Notes: generated by a model from the sequence alone, not told the origin. A stretch of DNA of 64,000 bases from Pseudomonas aeruginosa PAO1 (GCF_000006765.1 NC_002516.2), one strand, 5' to 3'. Shown: positions 41,751 to 53,393, counted from the first letter of the stretch. Translations and numbers: made by a program.

Positions 41751-43823
41751 ATGAACGCTCAGACCCAGGCGTCCAAGAACGCCTTGCACAAATCGCTCGA
41801 ACGTCGCCACAACGCGTCCACCAGCCTCGCCGCCTTGTGGCGGCCGGCGCTGCTGCAAGCCTTCGTCAAGCTCGACCCGCGCCAGTTGCTGCGCTCGCCG
41901 GTGATGCTGGTGGTCGAACTGACCGCCGTGCTCACCACCTTGCTGTGCTTCGTCCCCGACCAGGCGGTGCCGACCTCGGTGGCGCTGCAGATCGCCCTCT
42001 GGCTGTGGTTCACCGTGCTCTTCGCGAATTTCGCCGAAGCGCTCGCCGAGGGACGTGGCAAGGCCCGCGCGGACAGTCTCAAGGCCGGCAGCCAGGGCCT
42101 CTCCGCCAATAAGCGGCGCGCCGACGGCAGTTTCGAGAGCGTCGTTGCCAGCAGCCTGCGCAAGGGCGATGTGGTACGGGTCCAGGCCGGCGAGATGATT
42201 CCCGGCGACGGCGAAGTCATCGAAGGCGTGGCGGCGGTCAACGAGGCCGCCATCACCGGCGAATCGGCGCCGGTGATCCGCGAGTCCGGCGGCGATCGCT
42301 CGGCGGTGACCGGCAACACCCAGGTGGTGTCCGACTGGCTGCTGGTACGGATCGGCGCCAACCCGGGCGAGTCGACCCTGGACCGGATGATCGCCCTGGT
42401 GGAAGGCGCCAAGCGGCAGAAGACCCCCAACGAAGTGGCGCTGGACATCCTGCTGATCGGCCTGACCCTGATCTTCCTGCTGGTAGTGGTGACCCTCAAG
42501 CCGTTCGCCCTGTTCGCCGGCGGCAACCTGCCGCTGGTGTTCCTGGTGGCGCTGCTGGTGACGCTGATCCCGACCACCATCGGCGGCCTGCTCTCGGCCA
42601 TCGGCATCGCCGGCATGGACCGCCTGGTGCGCCTGAACGTGATCGCCAAGTCCGGTCGCGCGGTGGAGGCGGCCGGCGACGTCCACGTGCTGCTGCTCGA
42701 CAAGACCGGCACCATCACCTTCGGCAACCGCCGCTGCAGCGCGCTGTACGCCGCGCCGGGGGTGAGCGGCAAGGAACTGGCCGAGGGCGCGTTGCTGGCC
42801 TCGCTGGCCGACGACACCCCGGAAGGCAAGTCGATCGTCGAATACCTGCGCATCCTGCATCCGATCGAGGAGCCGCGCCGCGAGGAACTGACGCCGATCG
42901 CCTTCAGCGCGGAAACCCGCCTGTCCGGGGTCGACTGGAACGGCCAGGTGTACCGCAAGGGGGCGGTGGATGCGGCGCTGCGCTTCATCGACCTGCCGCG
43001 GGAGAAGATGCCCGAGGTGCTTTCGCGGGAGGTGGACAAGATCGCCCAGAGCGGCGGCACCCCGCTGCTGGTGGTAGCCAACGGCCGGCTGCTCGGCGCC
43101 ATTCACCTGAAGGACGTGGTCAAGCCGGGCATTCGCGAGCGCTTCGCCGAACTGCGCCGGCTGGGCATCCGCACCGTGATGGTGACCGGCGACAACCCGC
43201 TGACCGCCGCTGCCATCGCCGCCGAGGCTGGGGTCGACGACGTGATCGCCGAGGCTACCCCGGAGAAGAAATTGGCGCGGATTCGCCAGGAGCAGGGCGA
43301 AGGTCGCCTGGTGGCGATGTGCGGCGACGGTGCCAACGACGCCCCGGCGCTGGCCCAGGCCGACGTCGGCATGGCCATGAACGACGGCACCCAGGCCGCC
43401 CGCGAGGCGGCCAACCTGGTCGACCTGGACAGCGACCCGACCAAGCTGCTCGACGTGGTCCAGGTGGGCAAGGAGTTGCTGGTCACCCGCGGCGCGCTGA
43501 CCACCTTCTCCATCGCCAACGACGTGGCCAAGTACTTCGCCATCCTGCCGGCGCTGTTCGTCGGCATCTACCCGCAGCTCGACGTGCTCAACGTGATGCG
43601 CCTGCAAAGCCCGCAGAGCGCGATCCTGTCGGCCATCGTGTTCAACGCGCTGATCATCGTCGCGTTGATCCCACTGGCCTTGCGCGGCGTGCGGGTGCAG
43701 GCGGCGGACGCTTCGCAACTGCTGCAGCGCAACCTGCTGATCTATGGCGTCGGCGGCCTGGTGGCGCCGTTCCTCGGGATCAAGGCGATCGACCTGCTGC
43801 TGACCGCCGTCGGCCTGGCATGA
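41751..43823 (+). CDS. kdpB: K+-transporting ATPase subunit B
   Basis: TGES, DKTGT, MVTGDN and GDGAND P-type ATPase motifs. Confidence 0.98.
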   Translation: MNAQTQASKNALHKSLERRHNASTSLAALWRPALLQAFVKLDPRQLLRSPVMLVVELTAVLTTLLCFVPDQAVPTSVALQIALWLWFTVLFANFAEALAEGRGKARADSLKAGSQGLSANKRRADGSFESVVASSLRKGDVVRVQAGEMIPGDGEVIEGVAAVNEAAITGESAPVIRESGGDRSAVTGNTQVVSDWLLVRIGANPGESTLDRMIALVEGAKRQKTPNEVALDILLIGLTLIFLLVVVTLKPFALFAGGNLPLVFLVALLVTLIPTTIGGLLSAIGIAGMDRLVRLNVIAKSGRAVEAAGDVHVLLLDKTGTITFGNRRCSALYAAPGVSGKELAEGALLASLADDTPEGKSIVEYLRILHPIEEPRREELTPIAFSAETRLSGVDWNGQVYRKGAVDAALRFIDLPREKMPEVLSREVDKIAQSGGTPLLVVANGRLLGAIHLKDVVKPGIRERFAELRRLGIRTVMVTGDNPLTAAAIAAEAGVDDVIAEATPEKKLARIRQEQGEGRLVAMCGDGANDAPALAQADVGMAMNDGTQAAREAANLVDLDSDPTKLLDVVQVGKELLVTRGALTTFSIANDVAKYFAILPALFVGIYPQLDVLNVMRLQSPQSAILSAIVFNALIIVALIPLALRGVRVQAADASQLLQRNLLIYGVGGLVAPFLGIKAIDLLLTAVGLA

Positions 43824-43828
43824 ACAAC

Positions 43829-43852
43829 GGCCCTCGCCGTCGGGCGAGGGCC
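43829..43852 (+). other. Intercistronic hairpin between kdpB and kdpC
   Basis: GGCCCTCGCC-GTCG-GGCGAGGGCC, no U tract. Confidence 0.65.
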
Positions 43853-43876
43853 TGGGACTGAAGAGAGGATCTGCAC

Positions 43877-44428
43877 ATGTTCAAGCAACTCCGTCCGGCA
43901 CTGGCGTCACTGCTGGTGCTGAGCCTGGTCACCGGCGTGGCCTATCCGCTGCTGGTCACCGGTATCGCCCAACTGGCGTTCCCCGAGCAGGCCAATGGCA
44001 GCCTGCTGCGCGACGCCGAGGGCAAGGTGCTCGGCTCGCGGCTGATCGCGCAGAAGTTCGACGGCGAGGAGTGGTTCCATTCGCGGCCTTCGGCGGGCGA
44101 CTACGCCACCGTTTCCAGTGCCGCGAGCAACCTGGCGCCGAGCAACCCGGCACTGGCCGAGCGCATCGCCAGGGACGCCGCCCAGGAGCGTATCGCCGAC
44201 CAGGGGCCGGTGCCGCTGGCGCTGGTCACTACCTCCGGTAGCGGACTCGATCCGCAGCTGCCGCCGCAGGCCGCGCGTTACCAGGCGCTGCGGGTGGCCA
44301 CGGCGCGCGGGCTGCCGCTGCGGCTGGTGGAAGACCTGGTGGAAAGCCACACCGAGCGGCCGCTGGTGGGGCCGGCGGTGGTCAACGTGCTGGCGCTGAA
44401 CATGGCGCTGGCGGGGTTGAAGCGCTAG
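43877..44428 (+). CDS. kdpC: K+-transporting ATPase subunit C
   Basis: [31 protein letters not shown] and VNVLALN. Confidence 0.97.
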   Translation: MFKQLRPALASLLVLSLVTGVAYPLLVTGIAQLAFPEQANGSLLRDAEGKVLGSRLIAQKFDGEEWFHSRPSAGDYATVSSAASNLAPSNPALAERIARDAAQERIADQGPVPLALVTTSGSGLDPQLPPQAARYQALRVATARGLPLRLVEDLVESHTERPLVGPAVVNVLALNMALAGLKR

Positions 44429-44535
44429 GTTTCCCCAGAGACCCACGCAAGGGCTTGCAATATCGCCGCATCGGCGGATGATCGCCGGCGATCGTCCGCC
44501 CTGCGCGGCGCAGAGCAACGGAGTACGACCGATCC

Positions 44536-47193
44536 ATGACCGACACCGCACGCGCCGACGCGCTGCTGGCCGACCTGCCCGCTGACGGGCGCGGCCGCCT
44601 GAAAGTCTTTCTCGGCGCGGCGCCGGGGGTGGGCAAGACCTTCGCCATGCTGCAGGCCGCCCAGGCCCAGTTGCGCCAGGGCGTGAAACTGCGCGCCGGG
44701 GTGGTCGAGACCCACTCGCGGGCGGAAACCGAGTCCCTCCTCGCAGGCGTGCCGCAGCAGCCGCTGCGCAGCCTCGAGTATCGAGGGATGAAACTGCAGG
44801 AAATGGACCTCGACGGTCTCCTCGCCGACCCGCCGGCGCTGGCCCTGGTCGACGAACTGGCCCACAGCAACGTTCCCGGCAGCCGCCACGCCAAGCGCTG
44901 GCAGGACATCCAGGAGTTGCTGGCGGCGGGAATCGACGTCTACACAACGGTCAACGTCCAGCACCTGGAGAGCCTCAACGACCAGGTCCGCGACATCACC
45001 GGCGTGCAGGTCCGCGAGACGGTGCCGGACTGGGTGTTGCAGGAGGCCTACGAGATCGTCCTCATCGACCTGCCGCCGCGCGAGCTGCTGGAGCGCCTGC
45101 GCGAGGGCAAGGTCTACGTGCCGGAACAGGCGCGGGCGGCGATCGATGCGTTCTTCTCGCAGACCAACCTCACCGCGCTGCGTGAACTGGCGATGCAGAC
45201 CGCCGCCGCGCGGGTCGACGCCGACCTCAACCACCGCTACCGCCAGCGCGGCGAGGAAGCGCCGGCGTTGCGCGGGCGGCTGCTGGTGGGCATCGACGGT
45301 GACGAACAGGCCGAACGCCTGGTGCGCCACGCCTGCCGGGTCGCCGAACGTCGGCACCTGCCCTGGAGCGTGGTACACGTCGATACCGGCGGCTTGCGCG
45401 GCGAGCAGGCGCGGATGCGCCTGCAGGGTGCGCAGCAACTGGCCGAGCGGCTCGGCGGCGAGATCGTCGTGCTGCGCGCCGGCGAGGTGGCGCGGACCCT
45501 CCTGCAACATGCCCGCGAGCGCCGCGCCAGCCTGGTCCTGGTTGGCCAGTCGCGGCGCCGCTGGTATCGCCGGGCCTTCGGCGGTGGTCTCGCCGGGCGT
45601 CTGCTGCGCGACGGCCAGGGCCTGGAGATCAGTGCCCTGGACAGCGAGGCCGACCTGCGCCCGGCGGAACCGCGGCCACGCTATCCGGTGGTGTGGAACG
45701 ACTATCTGCTGGCGCTGCTGGCGACCGCCCTGGCCAGCGGCCTGGCCTGGATCGTGGCGCACCTGCTGGAGCTGCCGAACATCTCCCTGGTGTTCCTGAT
45801 GGCGGTGCTGCTGGTGGCAGTGCGCAGCAGCCTGATGCCGGCACTGCTGTGCGCGGTGGCGTCGTTCCTGGCCTATGACTTCCTGTTCATCCCGCCGCAT
45901 TTTTCCTTCGCCATCCATCGCCACGAAGACCTGCTGAGCCTGGCGTTCTTCCTGTTCATGGCCGGCCTCACCGGCAACCTGGCGGCACGCCAGCGGCGCC
46001 AGCTGGAGGCGCTGCGCGATACCCAGGAGGAAACCAGCCTGCTGCTGGAGCTGTCGCGCAAGCTCACCGCCGCCACCGACCGCCAGGCGGTGCTGGCCGC
46101 CGCCGCCCAGCAGTTCGACGACTGGAAGGACGTCGAGGTCTGCCTGCTCGGTCAGGTCAATGGCGAGTGGAAGACCGAGGCCGGCGTGCAGCGGCAACTC
46201 GCCGACCAGGAACGGGTCGCCGCGGACTGGGCCTGGGCCCACGACCAGCCGGCCGGCCTCGGTACTGGCACGCTGCCCGGAGGACGCTGGTGGTGGTGGC
46301 CGCTGTCGGCGGAAGAGGGACCGCTGGCACTGCTCGGTGTCGCGCCGCTGGACGGCCAGCCGCTGAGCCCGCAGCGCCGGCGCCTGCTCGCCGCCCTCGG
46401 CCAGCCTCTGGCCCAGGCCCTGGCGCGGGCTCGCCTGGCCGAGGACCTGGAGGCCGCGCGCCTGCACGGCGAGACCGAGCAACTGCGCAGCGCCTTGCTC
46501 GCCTCGGTGTCCCACGACCTGCGCACGCCGCTGACGGCCATGCGCGGCTCCATCGACAGCCTGCTGGCGCTGGGTGAGGCGATCCCGCCGGCGGATCGTC
46601 GCGAACTGCTGGAAAGCACCCGCGACGAGGCCGAGCGACTGGACCGCTATATCCAGAACCTGCTCGACATGACCCGTCTCGGCCACGGTGGCCTGAAGCT
46701 GGCGCGCGACTGGGTGGCGCCGGGCGACATCGTTGGCAGCGCGCTGAACCGCCTGCGCGCGGTGCTGGCGCCGTACCGGGTGCAGGCGATCGTGGCCAAC
46801 GACCTGCCGTTGCTCTACGTGCATGCGGCGCTGATCGAGCAGGCGCTGATCAACGTGCTGGAAAATGCCGCGCGCTTCTCGCCGAACCACGGCCGGTTGC
46901 GCATCGAGGTCAGCCAGGATGCCGCCGAGCTGCGTTTCGCGGTGAGCGACGAGGGGCCGGGGATTCCCGAGGCCGAGCGGGAGAAGATCTTCGACATGTT
47001 CTACACCGCTGCCCGTGGCGACCGCGGTGGCCAGGGCACCGGCCTGGGCCTGGCGATCTGCCAGGGCATGATCGGCGCCCACGGCGGGCGCATCAGCGTC
47101 GGCGAAGGCCTCGACGGTCGCGGCACCACGCTGGTCCTGCACCTGCCGCTGCATCCGCAGCCGGACCTCGGGCAACTGGAGGGCGACGAATGA
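44536..47193 (+). CDS. kdpD: Sensor histidine kinase KdpD
   Basis: GAAPGVGKTFAML, DELAHSN, USP and TM domains, SVSHDLRTPL, GTGLGL. Confidence 0.97.
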   Translation: MTDTARADALLADLPADGRGRLKVFLGAAPGVGKTFAMLQAAQAQLRQGVKLRAGVVETHSRAETESLLAGVPQQPLRSLEYRGMKLQEMDLDGLLADPPALALVDELAHSNVPGSRHAKRWQDIQELLAAGIDVYTTVNVQHLESLNDQVRDITGVQVRETVPDWVLQEAYEIVLIDLPPRELLERLREGKVYVPEQARAAIDAFFSQTNLTALRELAMQTAAARVDADLNHRYRQRGEEAPALRGRLLVGIDGDEQAERLVRHACRVAERRHLPWSVVHVDTGGLRGEQARMRLQGAQQLAERLGGEIVVLRAGEVARTLLQHARERRASLVLVGQSRRRWYRRAFGGGLAGRLLRDGQGLEISALDSEADLRPAEPRPRYPVVWNDYLLALLATALASGLAWIVAHLLELPNISLVFLMAVLLVAVRSSLMPALLCAVASFLAYDFLFIPPHFSFAIHRHEDLLSLAFFLFMAGLTGNLAARQRRQLEALRDTQEETSLLLELSRKLTAATDRQAVLAAAAQQFDDWKDVEVCLLGQVNGEWKTEAGVQRQLADQERVAADWAWAHDQPAGLGTGTLPGGRWWWWPLSAEEGPLALLGVAPLDGQPLSPQRRRLLAALGQPLAQALARARLAEDLEAARLHGETEQLRSALLASVSHDLRTPLTAMRGSIDSLLALGEAIPPADRRELLESTRDEAERLDRYIQNLLDMTRLGHGGLKLARDWVAPGDIVGSALNRLRAVLAPYRVQAIVANDLPLLYVHAALIEQALINVLENAARFSPNHGRLRIEVSQDAAELRFAVSDEGPGIPEAEREKIFDMFYTAARGDRGGQGTGLGLAICQGMIGAHGGRISVGEGLDGRGTTLVLHLPLHPQPDLGQLEGDE

Positions 47194-47293
47194 GCCCGGC
47201 GCACTTGCCTGGCGCCCGCGCTCGCGCTATTCCTGCCGTTTCCGCGACGCCGCCGCTGGCCTGTCGCCGTGTTCACCTGCCGTGCCGAGTGCC

Positions 47294-47986
47294 ATGACCC
47301 AATTGCAGAACAGCATCCTGCTGATCGACGACGAACCGCAGATCCGCAAGTTCCTCCGTATCAGCCTCAATGCCCAGGGCTACCGGGTGCTCGAGGCCGG
47401 CACCGGCGAAGAGGGGCTGGCCCAGGCCGCGCTGAACCGGCCGGACCTGGTGGTGCTCGACCTCGGCCTGCCGGACCGCGACGGCCAGGACATCCTTCGC
47501 GACCTGCGCGAATGGTCGCAGGTGCCGGTGCTGGTGCTGTCGGTGCGCGCCAGCGAGGGCGAGAAGGTACTGGCCCTGGATGGCGGCGCCAACGACTACG
47601 TGACCAAGCCGTTCGGCATCCAGGAGTTCCTCGCCCGCGTGCGCGTCCTGCTGCGCCAGGCGGCGCAGGGCGAAAGCCCGGAGGCGTCGGTGGCGGTCGG
47701 CCCGTTGCAGGTGGACTTCGCCTATCGCCGAGTCACCCTGGAGGGTGCGGAAGTGGCGCTGACGCGCAAGGAGTATGCGGTGCTCGCCGCGCTGGCACGC
47801 CATCTCGGACGGGTAGTGACCCAGCAGCAACTGCTCAAGGATATCTGGGGTCCGACCCATGTCGAAGACACCCATTACCTGCGGGTCGTGGTCGGCCACC
47901 TGCGCCAGAAGCTCGGCGACGATCCGGCCAGCCCGCGCTTCCTGGTGACCGAGGCGGGTGTCGGTTATCGCCTGCGCGACAGCTGA
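47294..47986 (+). CDS. kdpE: Response regulator KdpE
   Basis: IDDEPQIR, LDLGLPD, DYVTKPF and HYLRVVVGHLRQKL...TEAGVGYR. Confidence 0.96.
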   Translation: MTQLQNSILLIDDEPQIRKFLRISLNAQGYRVLEAGTGEEGLAQAALNRPDLVVLDLGLPDRDGQDILRDLREWSQVPVLVLSVRASEGEKVLALDGGANDYVTKPFGIQEFLARVRVLLRQAAQGESPEASVAVGPLQVDFAYRRVTLEGAEVALTRKEYAVLAALARHLGRVVTQQQLLKDIWGPTHVEDTHYLRVVVGHLRQKLGDDPASPRFLVTEAGVGYRLRDS

Positions 47987-48107
47987 CGCGCAGCGCAATT
48001 CTGCGCGAGGGGCATGCCTCCCGTGCGTTCATCGCCTATGATGCCGCGCATTCGCGCTGGCCCGGATGCGCCCGGGTCGGTGCCCCGGTGTCACCACGAA
48101 GGTCATC

Positions 48108-49016
48108 ATGCAGCAACTGTTGAACGAGATTCTCGATGAAGTCCGCCCGCTGATCGGGCGCGGCAAGGTCGCCGACTACATCCCCGCGCTCGCCGGCGTC
48201 GAGCCGAACCAGCTGGGGATCGCCGTGTACAGCCGCGACGGCGAGCTGTTCCATGCCGGCGACGCCCTGCGGCCGTTTTCCATCCAGAGCATTTCCAAGG
48301 TGTTCAGCCTGGTCCAGGCGATCCAGCATTCCGGCGAGGACATCTGGCAACGCCTTGGCCACGAGCCCTCCGGCCAGCCTTTCAACTCCCTGGTGCAGCT
48401 GGAGTTCGAGCGCGGCAAGCCGCGCAACCCGTTCATCAATGCCGGCGCCCTGGTGATCTGCGACATCAACCAGTCGCGTTTCGCCGCGCCGGCGCAATCG
48501 ATGCGCGATTTCGTCCGGCGCCTGTGCGGCAACCCGGAAGTGGTGTCGGACTCGGTGGTGGCGCGCTCGGAGTACCAGCACCGCTCGCGCAACGCGGCGG
48601 CGGCCTACCTGATGAAATCGTTCGGTAACTTCCACAACGACGTCGAGGCGGTGCTGTTCAGCTATTTCCATCATTGCGCGCTGCGCATGAGCTGCGTCGA
48701 CCTGGCGCGGGCGTTCTGCTTCCTCGCCGACAAGGGCTTCTGCAAGCACAGCGGCGAGCAGGTACTCAACGAGCGGCAGACCAAGCAGGTCAACGCGATC
48801 ATGGCCACCAGCGGGCTCTACGACGAGGCCGGCAACTTTGCCTATCGGGTCGGCCTGCCGGGCAAGAGCGGTGTCGGCGGCGGCATCATCGCGGTAGTGC
48901 CGGGGCGCTTCACGGTCTGTGTCTGGTCGCCGGAACTGAACGCCGCGGGCAATTCGCTGGCGGGTATCGCCGCGCTGGAGAAACTCAGCGAGCGGATCGG
49001 CTGGTCGATCTTCTGA
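48108..49016 (+). CDS. Glutaminase
   Basis: [25 protein letters not shown] and PGKSGVGGG. Confidence 0.96.
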   Translation: MQQLLNEILDEVRPLIGRGKVADYIPALAGVEPNQLGIAVYSRDGELFHAGDALRPFSIQSISKVFSLVQAIQHSGEDIWQRLGHEPSGQPFNSLVQLEFERGKPRNPFINAGALVICDINQSRFAAPAQSMRDFVRRLCGNPEVVSDSVVARSEYQHRSRNAAAAYLMKSFGNFHNDVEAVLFSYFHHCALRMSCVDLARAFCFLADKGFCKHSGEQVLNERQTKQVNAIMATSGLYDEAGNFAYRVGLPGKSGVGGGIIAVVPGRFTVCVWSPELNAAGNSLAGIAALEKLSERIGWSIF

Positions 49017-49126
49017 AACCGCCGCCCGTCGTGGCGGCGCTCGAATTCCCGGCGCCGCTGCGCTATGTTCTGCGGCTACCGCTTGCCGGCGCCGGATGCG
49101 CCGGTCCACTCGCCAGGAAGGTCGCC

Positions 49127-49732
49127 ATGTCCCGTCCGATCCCCGTTTCCCGTGTCTTCGCCTGCCTCACCGTTCTCGCCGCCTGCGCGCATGCCGGCGC
49201 CGCCGAACCGGACTGGCGTGGCTACACCAGCGAACAGCAGCAGCGCAGCGTGCTGGCCGTCGAGCAGGACGCCGAGGCCATCAACAAGCGCTACTACGAC
49301 AGTGCCTTCGAGGAATTCCTGCCGGAACTGGAGCAACTGGAACTCAGCCTGGCGCAGCCCGTCGTCGCCGTCGACGAGAAAGGCCTGCTGGGCGACTGGA
49401 AGTGTCGCTCGACCCAGGCCGACCAGTACGGCATCTATCGCTATCCGAACTTCCAGTGCCGCATCCGGCGTACCGACCGCGGCCTGTTCCTGGAGAAGAC
49501 CAGCGGTTCGCAACGGGTCAGCGGCTACCTGTTCCGCGAAGGCACGCAGCGCTACGTGTTCCTCGGCGGCGCCACGGTCAACGACGAGCCCCAGGTGGCC
49601 TTCAGTGGCCTGGCCCACGGCGCGCCGGCTGAGTCCGACGTGGTCGCGCTGCTGCGCCCGCACGCCGGTGGCTTCCTCCTGCTGTTCCCGGAACGGCGCG
49701 GCGGCTACGAGGTCCTCGAGTTCAGCCGCTGA
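49127..49732 (+). CDS. Exported DUF4893-like protein
   Basis: Signal peptide (AGA); GDWKCRS...YPNFQCRI...EKTSGSQRVSG. Confidence 0.7.
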   Translation: MSRPIPVSRVFACLTVLAACAHAGAAEPDWRGYTSEQQQRSVLAVEQDAEAINKRYYDSAFEEFLPELEQLELSLAQPVVAVDEKGLLGDWKCRSTQADQYGIYRYPNFQCRIRRTDRGLFLEKTSGSQRVSGYLFREGTQRYVFLGGATVNDEPQVAFSGLAHGAPAESDVVALLRPHAGGFLLLFPERRGGYEVLEFSR

Positions 49733-49735
49733 GGC

Positions 49736-50773
49736 TCAGGCGTTGTCTTCCTCGTAGCGGTCCAGGGTGTCGCTGGCGATCTGCCGGCCGAGGGCGATCA
49801 ATTCCGGCGCCTTGTAGAACTCGAAGAAGCGGCAGACCCGCTTCGGCACGTTGATCAGGATGTCCGGCGGGTAGCCGGCGATCTTGTACTGCGCCAGCGA
49901 GGTCTGCATCACCTCGAAGCTCTGGTTGACCAGTTCCAGCAGCGATGCCGGACCGCTGCTTTCCACCACCGTGGTGCCGCTGGCCGACTTCGGCGAGTCC
50001 TTGCCTTGCGGCGCCGCGGCCGGCTGTTGCAGTTGCGGCTCGGCGGGCTCCTCGGATTCCGCCGGAACCGGATGGAGCAGGGCGTCGGCGCTCAGCTCCG
50101 GCGGGGTATTGTCGTCGCCGTGGCGGCGGAAGAACGAGAGTTTGTGGCCGAGGCTCTCGATCATGCTGTCGAAGCGCCCCTTGAGCGCGGCCGGACGCTC
50201 GATCACCGGCAGGTGGTACTGCTTCTGGTTGGTGGCGTTGAGGTTGACCGCGATGATCAGGTCGCTGTGGGCCGACACCACCGGCACGATCGGCAACGGG
50301 TTGAGCAGGCCGCCGTCGACCAGCATGCGGCTGCCCTGCATGACCGGTGTGAACAGGCTGGGGATTGCCGCCGAGGCGCGCATGGCCTGGTGCAGGCAGC
50401 CTTCCTGGAACCAGATTTCCTGCTGGTTGGTGAGGTCGGTGGCAACCGCCGTGTAGGGAATCGACAGGTCCTCGATGTTTACCTCGCCGAGGATCTCGTG
50501 GATCTTGCCGAACACCCGCTCGCCGCGGATCGCGCCGAGGCGGAAGCTGACGTCGAGCAGGCGCAGCACGTCGAGGTAATCCAGGCTTTCCACCCACTCG
50601 CGGTACTCGCGCAGCTTGCCGGCGGCGTAGATGCCACCGATCACCGAGCCCATGGAACAACCGGCGATGCAGGTGATCTCATAGCCGCGTGCCTCGAGTT
50701 CCTCGATCACGCCGATGTGCGCGTAGCCGCGCGCACCGCCGGAGCCCAATACCAGGGCGACCTGTTTGCTCAT
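49736..50773 (-). CDS. Patatin-like phospholipase (RssA-like)
   Basis: LGSGGARGYAHIG, GCSMG and DGG motifs. Confidence 0.93.
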   Translation of the reverse strand: MSKQVALVLGSGGARGYAHIGVIEELEARGYEITCIAGCSMGSVIGGIYAAGKLREYREWVESLDYLDVLRLLDVSFRLGAIRGERVFGKIHEILGEVNIEDLSIPYTAVATDLTNQQEIWFQEGCLHQAMRASAAIPSLFTPVMQGSRMLVDGGLLNPLPIVPVVSAHSDLIIAVNLNATNQKQYHLPVIERPAALKGRFDSMIESLGHKLSFFRRHGDDNTPPELSADALLHPVPAESEEPAEPQLQQPAAAPQGKDSPKSASGTTVVESSGPASLLELVNQSFEVMQTSLAQYKIAGYPPDILINVPKRVCRFFEFYKAPELIALGRQIASDTLDRYEEDNA

Positions 50774-50887
50774 CTGCAACCCCTTGCCAATACTGCGTGA
50801 CGAAGCGAAAACGATACGCGTGTCGCCCGGCCGCCGCCAAGTGCGTCGCGGCGATGCGCGGCCCTTTCCCTGTCCGGAGATCGTTCG

Positions 50888-51166
50888 ATGAAAACCTGGA
50901 TCGTTCTGCCCGTCCTTGCCCTGACCCTGGCCGGCTGCGCCGGCAAGACCGCCTACCGGGAGAACTGCGCCGACCAGTTGGACGCGGCCTGGAAGGAACT
51001 CGACCTGGCCAAGGCCGAAGGCTTCGCCGGCACCGTCAGCTACTCGAAGGCCCTGACCCTGCTCACCGGGGCCAAGACCCAGCAGCAGTTCGAGGCCTAC
51101 GAGGGCTGCACCAGCAAGGCCGAGAAGGCGCGCTTCTATATCCGCGAGTCGCGCGCCGGGCGCTGA
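50888..51166 (+). CDS. Small lipoprotein, 92 aa
   Basis: Lipobox LAGC at residue 19; helical mature part with two further Cys. Confidence 0.8.
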   Translation: MKTWIVLPVLALTLAGCAGKTAYRENCADQLDAAWKELDLAKAEGFAGTVSYSKALTLLTGAKTQQQFEAYEGCTSKAEKARFYIRESRAGR

Positions 51167-51207
51167 GCCGGGCGCGGCGATCGGTCCTCTGGCGGCGGCG
51201 CCGGCTT

Positions 51208-51216
51208 TGCTAGAAT
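51208..51216 (+). promoter_or_regulatory. Extended -10 promoter of selD-mnmH
   Basis: TG-C-TAGAAT 33 nt upstream of the selD ATG. Confidence 0.55.
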
Positions 51217-51249
51217 GGGCACTTTTCCGACATCCACGGGAGTACACCG

Positions 51250-52284
51250 ATGAGCGAGGCGATCCGCCTGACCCAGTACAGCCACGGCGCCGGCTGCGGC
51301 TGCAAGATTTCGCCCAAGGTACTGGAGGTGATCCTCGCCGGCAGCGGCGCGCAGAACCTCGATCCGAAGCTCTGGGTCGGCAACGCCTCGCGCGACGACG
51401 CGGCTGTCTACGCCCTCGACGAGGAGCGCGGGGTGGTCTCCACCACCGATTTCTTCATGCCGATCGTCGACGACCCCTTCGATTTCGGCCGTATCGCCGC
51501 GACCAACGCCATCAGCGATATCTACGCCATGGGCGGCGACCCGCTGATGGCCATCGCCATCCTCGGCTGGCCGGTCAACGTGCTGGCCGCGGAAGTCGCC
51601 CGCGAGGTGATCGCCGGCGGCCGCAAGGTCTGCGAGGAAGCCGGCATCCCGCTGGCCGGCGGACACTCCATCGACGCCCCCGAGCCGATCTTCGGCCTGG
51701 CCGTGACCGGCGTGGTGGAGAAGCGCTTCATGAAACGCAACGACACCGCCGAGGCCGGCTGCAGGCTGTACCTGACCAAGCCGCTGGGCATCGGCATCCT
51801 CACCACCGCCGAGAAGAAGGCCAGGCTGCGCGCCGAGGACGTCGGCGTGGCGCGTGACTGGATGTGCACCCTGAACAGGCCCGGCGCGCGCTTCGGCCGG
51901 TTGGCGGGGGTCAAGGCGATGACCGACGTCACCGGTTTCGGCCTGCTCGGCCACCTGGTGGAAATGGCCGACGGCAGCAAGCTCACCGCACGCGTGGAGT
52001 ACGCCGCGGTACCGCGCCTGGCCAGTGCCGAATATTACCTGGAGCAGGGCTGCGTGCCTGGCGGCACCCTGCGCAACTTCGACAGCTATGGCGAGCGCAT
52101 CGCGCCACTGCCGGAAGTGCAGAAGCTGTTGCTTTGCGATCCGCAGACCAGCGGCGGCCTGCTGGTGGCGGTGGCTCCGGAAGGCGAGGCGGAGTTCCTC
52201 GCCGTGGCGGCGGAACTCGGCCTGCAACTGGCGCCGATCGGCGAGCTGGTCGAGCGACAGAGTCTCGCGGTACAGGTGCTGTAA
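51250..52284 (+). CDS. selD: Selenophosphate synthetase (Cys-type)
   Basis: [32 protein letters not shown] and DPQTSGGLL. Confidence 0.97.
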
Positions 52285-53393
52285 TGCGCGACAACACCCA
52301 GCACTACCGCGAACTGTTTCTCGACGATATCCCCCTGATGGATGTGCGCGCCCCGGTGGAGTACCACAAGGGCGCCTTTCCCAACACTGTCAACCGGCCG
52401 CTGATGAACGACATCGAGCGGCAGAAGGTCGGCACCAGCTACAAGCAGCACGGCCAGCAGGCCGCCATCGCCCTTGGCCACGAACTGGTCTGCGGGGCGC
52501 TCAAGGCCGAACGGCTGGCGGCCTGGAAAGCCTTCGCCGAAGCCAACCCGAACGGCTACCTGTATTGCTTCCGCGGCGGCCTGCGCTCGCAGATCGTCCA
52601 GCAGTGGCTGAAGCAGGACGCCGGCATCGACTACCCACGGGTGATCGGCGGCTACAAGGCGTTGCGCAACTTCCTTTTCGAAACCACCCGCGCGGCGGTC
52701 GACGAGTGCGATTTCGTGCTGGTCGGCGGCCTTACTGGTTGCGGCAAGACCGAGGTGATCGCGGCGCTGGACAACAGCCTCGATCTCGAAGGCCACGCCA
52801 ACCATCGCGGCTCCAGCTTTGGCCGGCGAGCCACGCCGCAGCCGGCGCAGATCGACTTCGAGAACCGCCTGGCCATCGACATCCTGAAGAAGCGTCATCG
52901 TGGCGTCGGCCAGTTCGTCCTCGAGGACGAGGGGCGGATCGTCGGCAGCTGCTCCTTGCCGCTGGAGCTGTACCAGGGTATGCAGGGCTACCCGCTGGTC
53001 TGGCTGGAGGATGCCTTCGAGCAGCGTGTCGAGCGTATCCTCAGGGACTACGTGATCGATCTGCGCAGCGAGTTCGAGCGCGTGGTGGGCGTGGAGGAGG
53101 GCTTCGCCGCCTTCTCCGCCTACCTGCAGAAGAGCCTCGCCGGCATCGTCAAGCGCCTCGGCGGCGAGCGCTACCAGCGGCTGGCGGCGATCCTCGTGCA
53201 GGCGCTGGAAGAGCAGGGCCGCGACGGCTCGGTGGATACCCATCGCGGCTGGATCGAGGGGCTGCTCAAGGAGTACTACGACCCGATGTACGCCTTCCAG
53301 CGGCAGAGCAAGGAAGACCGCGTCGAGTTCCGCGGCAACCAGGCCGAGGTGATCGGCTACCTGCGCCAGCGTCAGGCGTTGCGGCCATCGTAG
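52284..53393 (+). CDS. mnmH: tRNA 2-selenouridine synthase (SelU)
   Basis: Rhodanese DVRAPVE...YCFRGGLRS; P-loop GLTGCGKT; ANHRGSSFG; TAATG overlap with selD. Confidence 0.96.

Noticed and set aside
44425-47175. Long antisense ORFs (916 aa here; also 32931-35093, 41541-43718, 19661-21514, 13874-15559)
   Set aside because: They mirror genuine genes and have no recognisable motifs; this is expected from third-position GC bias.
51250-52284. Selenocysteine recoding in selD
   Set aside because: The active-site codon is TGC (Cys) and there is no in-frame TGA.
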